Assembly (NCBI GenBank): GCA_903813345.2
Contig: CAIIXF020000001.1
Location: forward strand, 45,198,001-45,262,000
Direction of reading: 5' to 3'
Source: Owenia fusiformis
Taxonomy: Eukaryota
DNA length: 64,000 nt
Shown: positions 26,001 to 38,500 of the stretch, in pieces
How the letters are laid out: each line of letters starts with the position of its first letter
Numbering within the stretch: the first letter of the stretch is position 1
The notes under the pieces: generated by a model
The model's database searches: none
Told to the model about the DNA's origin: nothing
Seen by the model: only the letters and a program-made list of their open reading frames with translations
Made by a program: the position numbers and the translations under genes

Positions 26001-28662
26001 ATTGTGCAACGAGGGCTTGTTTGGTGGGGTGAAGAGGGCTCAAGTGGGTCGCCTCTCTAGGCCCAATAGGGGGCATCACGACATAGGGTGACTCACGCTA
26101 CAGATACATGACGTGATGTAACAACAAACAAGTAGTTCCAGCAGGAAAATTCAAAATAAAATCTTACACCAGATAAAAAATTCTGTGTAGAAATTTGTTC
26201 CAGGATTTTGAAAGTTGTTCTAGGATTTAAGATTCGTGCAACTGAAGATAAACAAACATAACTGCATTCATTGCAGTTGAGTTGTTTGACTGTATCACTG
26301 TTCCATTAATGAATGAAAAAAGTTCAAATACAATCTCTCTTAACTCTCTGAGGGTGAAGGGGTCATATGGTAAAAACCACATTAACAAAAACAAATCCAC
26401 TAATTAGTTTATGTATACATTTGTATATTTCTTTAAGTGTGGTTACCAGTGGCATCTTGTATCTGTCTTGGTGTCTAAAGACAATGATGCCCTAGGCTAG
26501 AGCATCAATAGCCTTCATATACCTTCAAAGTATACCTGAAGGACAAAAATACCTATTTCATTTCATATCTTATCTCTTGGAATTGCAACTTCTTATCCTC
26601 AATTGTCTAATTCATATATAGCTCATTCTATGGGACCATAGACAATAAACTGGTTTTATTTTGAAGGTCTGATGAAGAAATATTTTTGTGTATTTGTAGA
26701 GTTTTCACAGGATGAAAAGATATTCTGTATATTTTGAAACATCTAATCAATGAAAACATTCTTTTACCACAATTTGTTCAGCCTCTGACCACCCTGTCTT
26801 CAGTTCTCTCTTCCCTAGTGTGAACGTTGAATTTTGTTGCCTTACTAATTGGCACTTTTGGGCTATTTAGGAATATAAACACAGAGGTTGAAAGAAGATA
26901 CAAGATTATCTTAAGAATTTCTACAAGCTTTTCCTGGAATGGAAGTTGAAATTAAAAAAGGATTGGTCTGGAGATAAGATAAGATACAATTTCATCATAA
27001 GGTTTTTGGCTTATCATTTCATATGACAAATCTTCATTTTAATTCATTGGCTTTTACAATCAGTTATTAGACATTAAATAAAAAGATATTGTAGAAACAT
27101 TTCATAATTGTAGAAAAATCCTTGGATAGGTAAAAAACATTTGATAACAGATTAAAATTGTGAAACAAGAGTTCATGTGTTTTTGATCAGTCTCTGACAA
27201 GGATACGGTGGAACTAATTTGAAACTTGGTAGTCCCAGGGCACTCTTCTTTCTTGATGTGTTTTCTATATCTGATCACCTAATACCCCATCAATCTTTGA
27301 GATCAGGATCTTGGTTCACAATTAAGCATGTACCAAAAAATGTTTTTGTTTATGAGGTGTTGATGCCTTTGAGCATTGCCTTTTAGGAATTGAGGAAAAT
27401 GATTCCAAGAATGTTCTTGAAATTTGAAAGAATGAGACTGATAACAGTGTCACCTATTATCATTCGATATTGAACTTTTTTAAGTTGTCAATCATTTTAT
27501 GGAGTATTTTATTCAAATGTTTCTTTTAATTACTTGAGTTATTTTTTCTGTTGTGTAAGCTTGTGTTTGACAAGATGGTCTATAATTACAAATATAACAG
27601 GAACAGGATATGTTCCTCTGTAGATACTTTCAAAGTGTTTATATGCAAACTTCAGTGAGCAAGTGCAGTGGCAGGCTAAACAATACAGGTCTACCCTCTT
27701 GATGCAACAAGTGGCGAACACTCGTAACCTACTGGGACCATCAAAATCCTCCAAATTTTATCTTATCAGATTATTAGGAGTCACTTGTTTATGGCTTATT
27801 GACAGAAAATAAAGCAAATGGTAGAATAAAATAAACAGACAGCTGAATTAAAAGACATTAGTTGCGATTGGCAGACGGAAAAAGAAAGTGCCAGAAAATC
27901 TTGGCTACGTGGGATGATAAGAAGACTTTGAAGTACAGGTAAAGTATTTTAGCGTTCATAAACATCTATTTAATGAAAAACAAAATAAAGCTTGATAAAT
28001 GCATAATCACTGTAGAAAGGTGTCATATATTAAATAAAAATTCAAGATCAATTTTGTTGCTGAAAATATGCCAAAACATACTAAATCTGACATTTAATAG
28101 AGGTTGAATATTCTATTCTTATTCAAATTATATAATTAATTTATTCCAAATAAATAAAATCTATGTAAACGCCTCTGGTTTTACAGTACTTGATGTTCAG
28201 CGAGCAGCTTCTTTTTCTCATCAAAGTTGAAGTTGTAGTTGTCATCAGTCTGTCTTATATCTCTCTTTTTATAAGTGAATTCCTTAGTCACTAATATCTC
28301 TAATATAGACAAAGTCCCATAGTGATGATAGCTAGGAACATTAGCACAAGGAGGATGATACCAGATTTACCATTCTCACTGTAACATTGTTTATAACAGG
28401 AGATAAATCCAGGATTTTTGTAAACGTACACAAGTTAGAATTCAGTTGAAGAGGGATTATATTTTTATTAAAGCCTGAGCTCTAAACCCACCTATTTAAA
28501 GGGTAATCTCTAAAAACTGTTTGGTTGAGGGGTTAATGATAATTTTGAATTGATTGTTGTCACTATCAGAAGTGGTGACCTATTGTTATAGTCTCCAACT
28601 TTTTTTCTGGATAGAGTTTGGCAGTTGGAGTTCGGCATTTGGTGGCCAATGTTTGATGCCCA

Positions 28663-28698
28663 TAACAAATGGCAGGTGGTGACATTTTGCATGTTAAT
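28663..28698 (+). repeat. Dispersed repeat core, copy 2 (intron 2)
   Basis: taacaaatggcaggtggtgacattttgcatgttaat, identical to 35500-35535; degenerate similarity extends about 35 nt upstream. Confidence 0.85.
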
Positions 28699-31028
28699 AT
28701 TATGTTTTAGCATTCATAGCTACAGGATCAGCCGATACCTGGCCAGGTAAAATAGTTTAAATATTTAGTAGAAGAAAAGCAAAATGAACAACCCATTAAT
28801 CGTTAGCTAATAATGTGGCTTTTAGCCTTTAATAAAAGGATGGGCCAGTTGGTATATTTTATTTATTTTTGTTGTGGGAGGTGAGAACTGCTCAGTGCAA
28901 ACAGAAAAACAGTTGCTATGGAGACCAGATCAACTGATGTCCAAATCATAAACAGATCCAAAAGATGGGTGGAAATACCAGAAACCATGACATCAGATTT
29001 ACCAAACAGGCTAAATCATATCTCAAAACCTAGAACCAAAAAACTTATCAATTCAAAAAGTCATTCATCAACCCCCATTCTTTAAATGCTGTAAGCTATC
29101 TCGGCAAATGGATACTAAGGGTGGGGGGGGGGGGCAGAAACTTGGTACAAGACTACTCAAGGAATGATTAATGATAATAAACTATTGATGTATTTCCAGT
29201 ATCATTTCAAGGAAAATTCCATTTCTAAGAGATAAGTTATATATTTGTTATCAGAGGGACAGATGGGAGACTGTCAGAGAAAGCAAGAATAAGTATGATG
29301 AACACTTAACTGGTTTAATTAAACTGATTTGTGAGACTCACTATTCTGATCCTTTGTCTTTAGAAATGATTTAATTAAATGTGGTATGAGATAAGACCAT
29401 GTTGCTTAGATAAGATACTTGTAGGTACATCACGCCTTGGTAACACAAAACTTTGCTAATCATGCCTCATTATTTAATTATTCCCAGTTAAGCTATTGGA
29501 CAATTAACAGAGGTATTGCATAACTGATAAAAAATTGATGTGATTCAAATATAGAAAACTAACTCATAATATTTTCCCCTAGGATTGTGCAGTAGACTAA
29601 TATGTTTTATGAGAAATATTCTATGCCAGAGCCAAATTGATATGATATCACTACTGATTGCTTGTAATTCAAAGAAATGATGAATGCCTAGATTTACATT
29701 CTGATTTATCAGAGTCCCTCTTTACCTAACGTTTTTGAGAGACTCTGATATATCATGAGGCAGAACCTGTTCCTAGCCAGTGCATTCTCCAAGTAAATCA
29801 GTGTATATGGAGGAATAAATTAGTACCTAAGAATGCACTGTCCTGTTTTCCCCTTTGTAAACTTTAATTCAATGAATTCATTATGTGGAAAACTTTTATT
29901 TATCTTGATGGTTCTTGTTTTTATATTGAAAATTAATAACTATGATAATGTTGACATACTTCTTTTTTCTTATTGTTTTCCAATTTAGAATTTTAAACAA
30001 TAATTATCATGCAAATGTCGACACTTAGATTATTTGGGAGGGCATTGTGTTTGGTCACACTCATTAGGCTTTGTCTGCTTATGTAATCATGCAACTGCAG
30101 GTAATGCCTTCCCATGATACTCATGGTCAATAGAACTCTGTAAATAATTTGATTGGTCCGTACATTTTAGGGTTAAAGGAAACATTTATTACAGTCAGTA
30201 ACCCACAGTCTGAACTATTCCAAAAGGATAGTAAAGGCTGTGGATCCCACAATGCTAGATTTAGTAATTAAGAGATATTCTGCTAAATTGATCTGCAGGC
30301 AAAGAGCATTCTGCAGCACTTGACTCTAGATTAGATAGTTGCTAGTCTCATCTATAAATCAACCTCTTCATTCTAAGCCTTATTGGGTAGCATTAATAGA
30401 ATCTAATAGCCCATGTTTATATAGCGTCTTTAATATTGTTCCATTTATCATTGCCATTGAATGCAATTTTACGCAGGTCATCATTTTCTTTAATGAAAAA
30501 AGAGTCGAAATAAATAGAATTAGCAATGAAGAGAATTGAAAAAATCAATTATCATGTTAGAAATAATGTAGATATTCAATAAAATTAAACCTTGTCATCA
30601 CATTTTTGCGGAAAAGCTGCGAAATAAGCATGACACAAATAAAATCATTTGATGGATGGTAGCATGTTATGGAGAAATCGGCAGCTGTCTCCGAGATTAC
30701 GTTAGCATATCTGTATTTGTATCCTAGTAACCACTGATACCTACTACGCATCCAATCTCGCACCATCCAGCACAACCATTGCACATGCTATCACCTCTCA
30801 TCTCCCCTTTGCTCCAACATAAAACATTTCTAGAGCACCTCTCTTCAGACTACTCTTCAAATATTACACAAGACAAAGGCAAAGAGAAAAGAATATTGCT
30901 AAGATTAGGAATGGATTCAAAATAGATAAATCTGATAATTCTGAATATCAAAGATATTTCAACCGAGCATAAAAATTAAGAAACCAGTTATGTTTGATTT
31001 TTTGCAGTAATCTCGACTCTCATTTCTG

Positions 31029-31166
31029 TAATTTTAAGAATACAATAATTTTAAGAATACAATAAATAAAAGATAAAGTTAGCATATAGATATTAGAATT
31101 AGAAGACAATAAATAAAGTTAGAATACAATAGTTAAGAGTACAATAACAGAGTAAGAATACAATGA
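31029..31166. repeat. Degenerate AT-rich minisatellite (agaatacaat core)
   Basis: The 17-nt unit taattttaagaatacaa occurs twice (31029-31062), followed by several decayed copies. Confidence 0.65.
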
Positions 31167-34100
31167 ATTTTTATACAATCTGAAGCAATCGAGATCGAGC
31201 TAAAAAACCATCAACAATTTGGACCATATCTGAATATGTAGAACTCTTGAGGAAATCTCAGTATTGTTGGTTAATTAAGAGAGACAATGACAGTTAGCGG
31301 ATGCACCATGATCAATTATCTATTATAGTAGCTCTGCTCTGGAAATAAGCATCCTGACAGATAAAGAAGACACTTCCTTGCAAATATTTACAATCATTTC
31401 AGCTCTAATTAGACTACAAAGCCTTAAAGGACCACTCACTAGAATATTAAGTCGATACATTAAGAGTCTATAGTTAAGTTAAATGAATATTATTTTTATT
31501 AATTGTTTAAATAAGTTTTAGGACTTGAAAATATAATTTTAGGTAATAATTCGGAAACTTTATTTATTTATTGGCTACTTATTCATGATTTTAAAATCAT
31601 GAATAATATGCACAGGACCTTTAATTGTATTAACTTGATGAAATCTTTTGAAAGTATCTTCAACTGTTTCTAGAATTCTTGATGTTTTTGTATATGATTG
31701 ATTACAGTGATTTTTGGTGATTGATTGATGCAATGATTGGTTCAATTTCTAGTTGATTGGAATTATGATTGATTTATTTATAATTTGCAAATTGAATTAA
31801 TGGATTTTGAACTAACCCATGGGTTAGAGTGGCTCCAATATATCCAAATATATCAATTAATAATAGGATGTATAAAATGATCATTTATATCATAATCAAG
31901 ACAAATATATGAATGACAGACTATCCGTATATGTTCTTAACATCTACTTATTTTTGAAGATGTTTTAAGTCAAAGAAATGTCAGTTCAAAGATGGTACAT
32001 CATAATATATACTGACAACATAATTAGAACAATTTAGAATCGCAACCTGTGTATGTTGCATCTCAAGTTTAGGCTACAATAACACTCTGACGAAATAAAT
32101 AGAAACATGCTTCCTAGTGTTTTTGTCTTGACATCTGATTTCAACTGTCATCAATTATGTACATTTGGAATCGTTCTGAGACAAAATTCCAACAAATCTG
32201 TAATTGTCTTTTAAGGGAGGATTGTCAGAAGCTAATTGAAACAGGACTTTTTCCTTGTCTTTTAGTGTGAGAATAACCCTGGGGTGATAATACAAATGCG
32301 CCCCATATGTTCATAATTCCTTAATTTTTGTGAGGCCATGATTTTTGTTCAAGTCTTTTTTATTATAGAGAGCCAGGTTGCAAATGTATCTTGGTAGACA
32401 GTAATATAGCATTATAGGGTAAACTAGTGTCTGCCAATCTAAACCAATAGATAAAAGTGTCTTATAGAAAATAAATGGCATGATTGTTTGAATGTATTCA
32501 GTGCTAATGCATCTTGGCAGTGAGCTTTATGTGATGGTATGGCTTTTAGCAGGCTATCTAACCACTTTCCATAATGGATGGCATATGTCTTTGAGATTGC
32601 TTTAATTCCAGCCAATTTATGAATCATATTTTCATATTTCATTTGATAATCAGTTACCTAATGGAAGAAAGTGTCATTCTGTGTATTGTGGAGATAATGG
32701 CGAGATGGTGTTCGACGCACAAGATACCTTTCAATGGATAAAGCACTTCCTGTGGCGGGACTATGAATGATGGGAGATTGCTAGAAACGTCGCAGAATTG
32801 TACAATTCACTTTTGTCTTCACGATTGATCTTTCACATCCAAGCTATTAAATAACAGAGAAAACCAGAAAATTGCATGCTATATTGTCATTCAAGCCAAA
32901 ACAATCCAAATTAATAATTTCCTTTAGTTTTAAATGTGAATGGATGTAAAAATAAATGGTGTTAGTATGCGTTCAAATTGCATATTAATCTAGTCTTTTT
33001 GAACTAATGAATAGAACTATGATTAATGCCATATTTGATAATTGCCCAGAATAAATAACTTAACTAGCCAGAAAACAATGTTTATAACATGAAGCTATTT
33101 CCAATTTTAATTACCTAGTCACTAATTCTACTTTTTGATATCAATTCTGACATGGCCACATTTCATTCAACACCCCTTCTACATTAATAATTGTCAGACA
33201 TAGGGAAATCAGGATCATTTTCATAATTTTGTTTGTCTCATAAAAACTAAACCTACGACCTAAGCCATAAATTATAAACATCAAACGTGAAATAATAATC
33301 ACTTCTTATTATCCTGTTATTTTTGTCCATTTGGTTGTGTTTTTAACATTTCACTTTTGTACCATCTGTAACCCTTTTATTATCAACTGTTTCCTTTATG
33401 TATATCTTGTGCTTGGATTAATTGTATTAATGGCCTTCTACTATCATGAAACACTAGCCTTATCTTTGGGCCACAAGTCCAGCGCAAGACCTCATCAAGT
33501 TACAATTAGCACTTACCCTCACTTATGTAACTAGCAGTGCTTTGATTACCCTAAAACTATATTATCTAGCTACATTACACTCTTAACTATTAGAGATGAT
33601 TCTAAAGTTTTGCTGCTTAGAATTGTAAAATAAGCAACTTTTGTGGCCTTTGTGGAAGTTATGATTTTCGGAGTGCTTATCCCAATTGGAAATAAGTTCG
33701 ATGAAGGAATTATACTTTATTTTTAATTTAAAGAGTGCTTTAGTTTAGTTCTTGTGATGGGTATGCTTGGATAGGTAGAGGGACAGGATTGTCAACATGT
33801 GGGGCCCTGGTCTAGCCATATAGCACTATAGGCCCAGCTGTTCTGAGTTAGGTGGCCTCAGTTCAGGTCATCCCAGGTGCCACATTCCTGGAGTCTATGC
33901 TCTACAAGTGGACTTATTTTCCTAGATTTAATTAGGACTTATTGTCCTAGCTTTTATACAGTTGTAATTAATTCTAGATCTGTTTTTTCTATGCAATTTA
34001 TATCTGGCCGTTTATCATTTGCGTAAACAATCTGGGTTTGTTTGAGAATGTAACATGGGTGAGAGTTGAACGTTTATTTGCTGAAACATCTCAAAGATTT

Positions 34101-35499
34101 GCTCAAGTTACTTTTAAATGATTCTCCAGAGGATTTCATTGAGATATAAACAACTTTAGAAGCTCTGTAGGCATTAATGGAGAACAAATAGACTGTCACT
34201 GACATCACACACTTGTTGAAAGATGTAGAATTCAACTGAAATGTGAAAAAATGAAACATGGAAAAGTTCAGGTGGCAACTCATCTTACATTTCAAATGTT
34301 GGGATTTTTGAAATAGTTGAACAACGAAATAAAACAGATAACATCGCTTTACTCTCATACCAGCATTTAAATGATTCTTTAGCAATGTTCTGATTATAAA
34401 AGTATCCCATCAGATCTGATTTGGTGCGTCACAATATTGGAATGGGGAATTGTACGGCTGCTGAAGACAAGGACTCGCAGTCTCTCCCTCAAGTATTCCC
34501 TGTCTACCAGATAGACCTGCATTCTTATATTGCCCCTCTAATCGATACAATTAAAATATCTGCGTATCTTCCTAACTTTTCCCACTTGAGCTTTTCATTT
34601 GATTTGTCTGTGTTTAGAATCAGGCACACTTTAGGCTGTCACCATAGCATAAACATTCACTCTATTTCCTTCATTAGTTCCTCCATATACTTGAATGTGT
34701 TTTATATAATCAAACAACTTAGTTGTACTTGGAATGTTTTCATACCACCATTTAGTATTTTAACATGCAGATACAGGAATGAGGGTTAATTCAAAAGGGC
34801 AAGCATTTTTCTATTTTTTCATTTTTTGGTGACAAAATAAGAAATCTTCTAAAGCTTCTATGCTCATGCATTTTGATTGTTTGTTGTTGCTATCAGTTCA
34901 GTCTAGTTTATAGGGGTTATTTGTGTTTTGTATCCATTTTTGCAGCAATAATTGACCAAAATTAATAATAGTAAAAATAAGTGTAAGATAATGTCCCACA
35001 GCGCACTGTGTGATGTCTGAATGTATCTCAGCCCTGACATGAAACTTGATGCTGCAAATCTGTGAAATCACTTGTTTTCTGGTATTCTAAGTGGCTTTTA
35101 AATTACTAGAATTGTTTTGTCAACATGTTTGTGGTCTGAAAGCTAGCCAGCTTGCTATATTAAATGAACAGATATATATAAACATGTCTAAATACAATTC
35201 ATAATGACCGGCTGGATGTGCAGATCTTGGAAAATGTTTCTGCTTTGGAAGAATAATTGGACTGTTCTCTTAGCAGTCTACCTTTCTCCCAGGGCCCTGG
35301 AATGTTATTCTTGAAGTGGACAGAAATCTCACTTAATTCTCAGCCACTTGGATTAACAATCAGACAGTGATATCTGTTTATTTGGGATATAATTCATATA
35401 TGTAACCTCTTCATATTCAATCTCAGTCTGTATTATTATGTCAACACCATGTGCGTGGTGTTCAGCATTTGGCAGTCAGTGGTTGGCATTCAGCATCTG

Positions 35500-35535
35500 T
35501 AACAAATGGCAGGTGGTGACATTTTGCATGTTAAT
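35500..35535 (+). repeat. Dispersed repeat core, copy 3 (intron 2)
   Basis: 36/36 identical to copy 2; the upstream gttcagcatttggcag resembles gttcggcatttggtgg of copy 2. Confidence 0.85.
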
Positions 35536-38500
35536 TCCTTTTTTATTTTTTTTATGTATTCATTAGAAGTTGAAATTATGATATTTCAGTTGTTGTTCCC
35601 AATGCTCCAAATCTGATAAATGTATAAGAAGCACTTATTTATCTTCAAATGAGTGTTTGGAGTTCTGTTTACATGCTGTAGGCTATTTCTGCATCAACTG
35701 GACATATGGCTCAGTCGCCATAGAAATGAGATGTTACAGGTGTCTATGGCAACTGGTTCTCTGCTACTGATCATTAGGCAGTAATTGCTATTTGGAGGTA
35801 TAAATTACTCATCAATCCATAGGGAAAGGAGGGGCATCCTTTGGGATGTGAGATCATGCTCTTTTTCCCCAATTACCTTTGGCAACTGGACACAGGCCCT
35901 CTGTTTGTACTGCAGCCTAAATCAATGCCACACTCCTGGCTATGGTGATGAATGAGACAGCCGATTGGAAATATTCACTCCAGTAATTAAGAAATATGCC
36001 AAATAATATCTCATAAATGAAGCACCTCATGCAGCAGTTCCAAACGTCTGGGTTATAATTGTTCAAAATGATGAGACTTTCAATTTAGGTTTGAAACCTC
36101 AATTAGACACATACCATTATTGTGAAATCTGTTTCTCCTGACCCAGCTTGTCAAGTTGTATTTTGGCGGGAGATGCTCTCTAGAGGAATGGATGAATGAC
36201 TCATATGTGAGATAAGAGGAGACAGAATAAAAACATATGCAGACCTGATGGTAAGGCTGTTCTATGTTTTCTTTCATGCAACCTGACATCACATTCTTCT
36301 TCATCAGGGATGAACCAATACTATCTCACAAAATTAATCAGCCGCCTCTGGTCCATCTTCCCAACTATTTGCTATCTTCCTTGTGTAAATATGTTTGTTA
36401 GAGGTGTGGGTTACAACGGAATCATACAAACTAATTAATCACAAAATCATGTTATATAATATATATTATTACATATTCATGGGAAAATGCACATTTACAA
36501 TGTACTTTTAATAATAATATATTGTATCATGTAACATAACAAATAGGTCAGAATGACCCAAAAGGTATTGTGTTTCTTACTTCAAAGAAAATGCTATCTA
36601 TCAAATGACTGCTCCTTCCCAGCATTGAGAAGACTTACTGTGATATATGGTTACTGTAATATGTCCCATGATGGGTAGCCTGCAATATGTATCTGTTCTC
36701 AGTCATCTCACACCAGCTTTATCATAAGGTTTTCATCCCAAATGCCATCAGAGGTTGTGGGAAAATCGGAGAAACTTTAAACTCAGAGATTACAAAGTCA
36801 GACTTCCCCCACCTGTTGAAGGGGAACAACAGTGAAGGTTAATGTTAGGCCATCTTCCAAAAGGTGGTTGCTCTATTATTGCATAGTGGTTGCTAGTGGT
36901 TACATAATGGTAACCATGGGGATTGGATAGAGTTGTCCTTATATGAGGTCAGCTTCAAAGGGGTGGTCAACGTGAGGTACTTGCTGATTGCCAATGACTT
37001 TTGTCATCATAACTTTGCTGAATTTCAGTTTTTTATGATTTCTCAGACAGTATAAAAGTTGAAACACAGACTTCAAAATGTCTGAGAGAAACACCAATTT
37101 GTGTCTAATTGTATATTTATTTATGGCAAAGAATCCAGTTGACTTCAAAGATGCCTTATTCCCTCAGGTATCAATAGGGTTACAGTGATATCTTTGAGGA
37201 CAAACTTTGATTCGTGGATAATAGTCCACTGTTGCCTAGACACCTTATAGATACTTGTTTCTGTTGTTTTTGCATCTTGACATGTCTAGGTATTTCCATA
37301 TAGAAAGGTAATGAGGACTTTGTGTGTTATTTTAGTGGTCAAAAGACCCTGACTGAAGGTTGTTTTATTAGTAACATCCATGTTTAAGCATCTCAGTTGT
37401 TTTTTATGCCATCTAAGTTGGTTCCCATACATAAGATACATGCATGTGTCTCAAGTTATGACAACTAAGATGGAAGATGAATTTGTAATTGACTCTTCAA
37501 ACATCTAGGGTGACAGTTGTAGCATGTAAGACCTGGGAACATTGGGGTATCATAGACCTGCAGAGAATATGTCTTGTCCCTACCCTGAGCTCATTGTAAA
37601 AAATACTACACTCTGACTATGACCAGAAAATTTATAACTTGGCAGTCAACCAATCAGAGACTACTGCTGAACCATAGTTATATGTTTACACATATCAAGA
37701 ACCACAATGAGGTATCAGAGGCTCTGGTTGGCTAGTTAAGATTCCTGGGGTTTATTGGTGATGTCAAGAATGTGAGATGAAGTCAGGGCTCTATCAAAGG
37801 GTATCTTGCCCCCAGATGTACATTGTATCTTATGGAGCTCAAATTGCTCAGTAAAAAAGTCATGATTTTTGTGAACAGGTGTTATCTTGTAGTTGCATCC
37901 CCGATAACCAAAGAAGACCAGATTGTGGGAAAACTTGTGATTGTGTCAATATATAGTCTCCGATACAATTTACAAACTAAAAAATGTATAAATAGCCTAA
38001 AATATAGATCATCTCAATTAATAGTCATACAGTGGTTGTATTTGAAACTGAATAGTTGTCAAAAATATACCTGAACATATACCTGTAATCTTAATTCTTA
38101 CAGTTCCGTTACTGAAATGTAAATATGGTTATTAGGGATGTTGTAATAAAATGTTATATATGTCTGGTTTGCCATTTGTGATTTTTATTTAAAATATTTT
38201 TTTAACTGAACAAATAACTGGTTGGTTGTTACTGTATTTAGAAAATTATAATTACATTGACTGTAGTATTAGGTGTGTAGTATTTCAAGACGTCATTTAC
38301 TAGTTAATTATCTCAGGGGAGTTTTTTACAATGAATGTATCATGTATTTGTGAGCTCTGTATTATGATTCATGCTTCGTGACTTGGCTTTGAATTCTTGA
38401 GTTTTTTACTTAAAGTAGTTTGCAGTAGGGTATATCAGTGTTTTCTCTCACAAGTAGCAGTCCTACAGTGTTGCAGACGGACACTCCTCAAGCCTAGCTT

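Noticed and set aside
29123..29134. Poly-G tracts (G12 here, G11 at 1875-1885)
   Set aside because: Common homopolymers with no supporting context.
31424..31625. TTAAAGG...CCTTTAA as a second Kolobok-like MITE
   Set aside because: The inverted match does not extend convincingly beyond the terminal bases.
57..35535. 36-nt repeat as a CRISPR repeat
   Set aside because: Copies are kilobases apart, there are no spacers or cas genes, and the context is eukaryotic.
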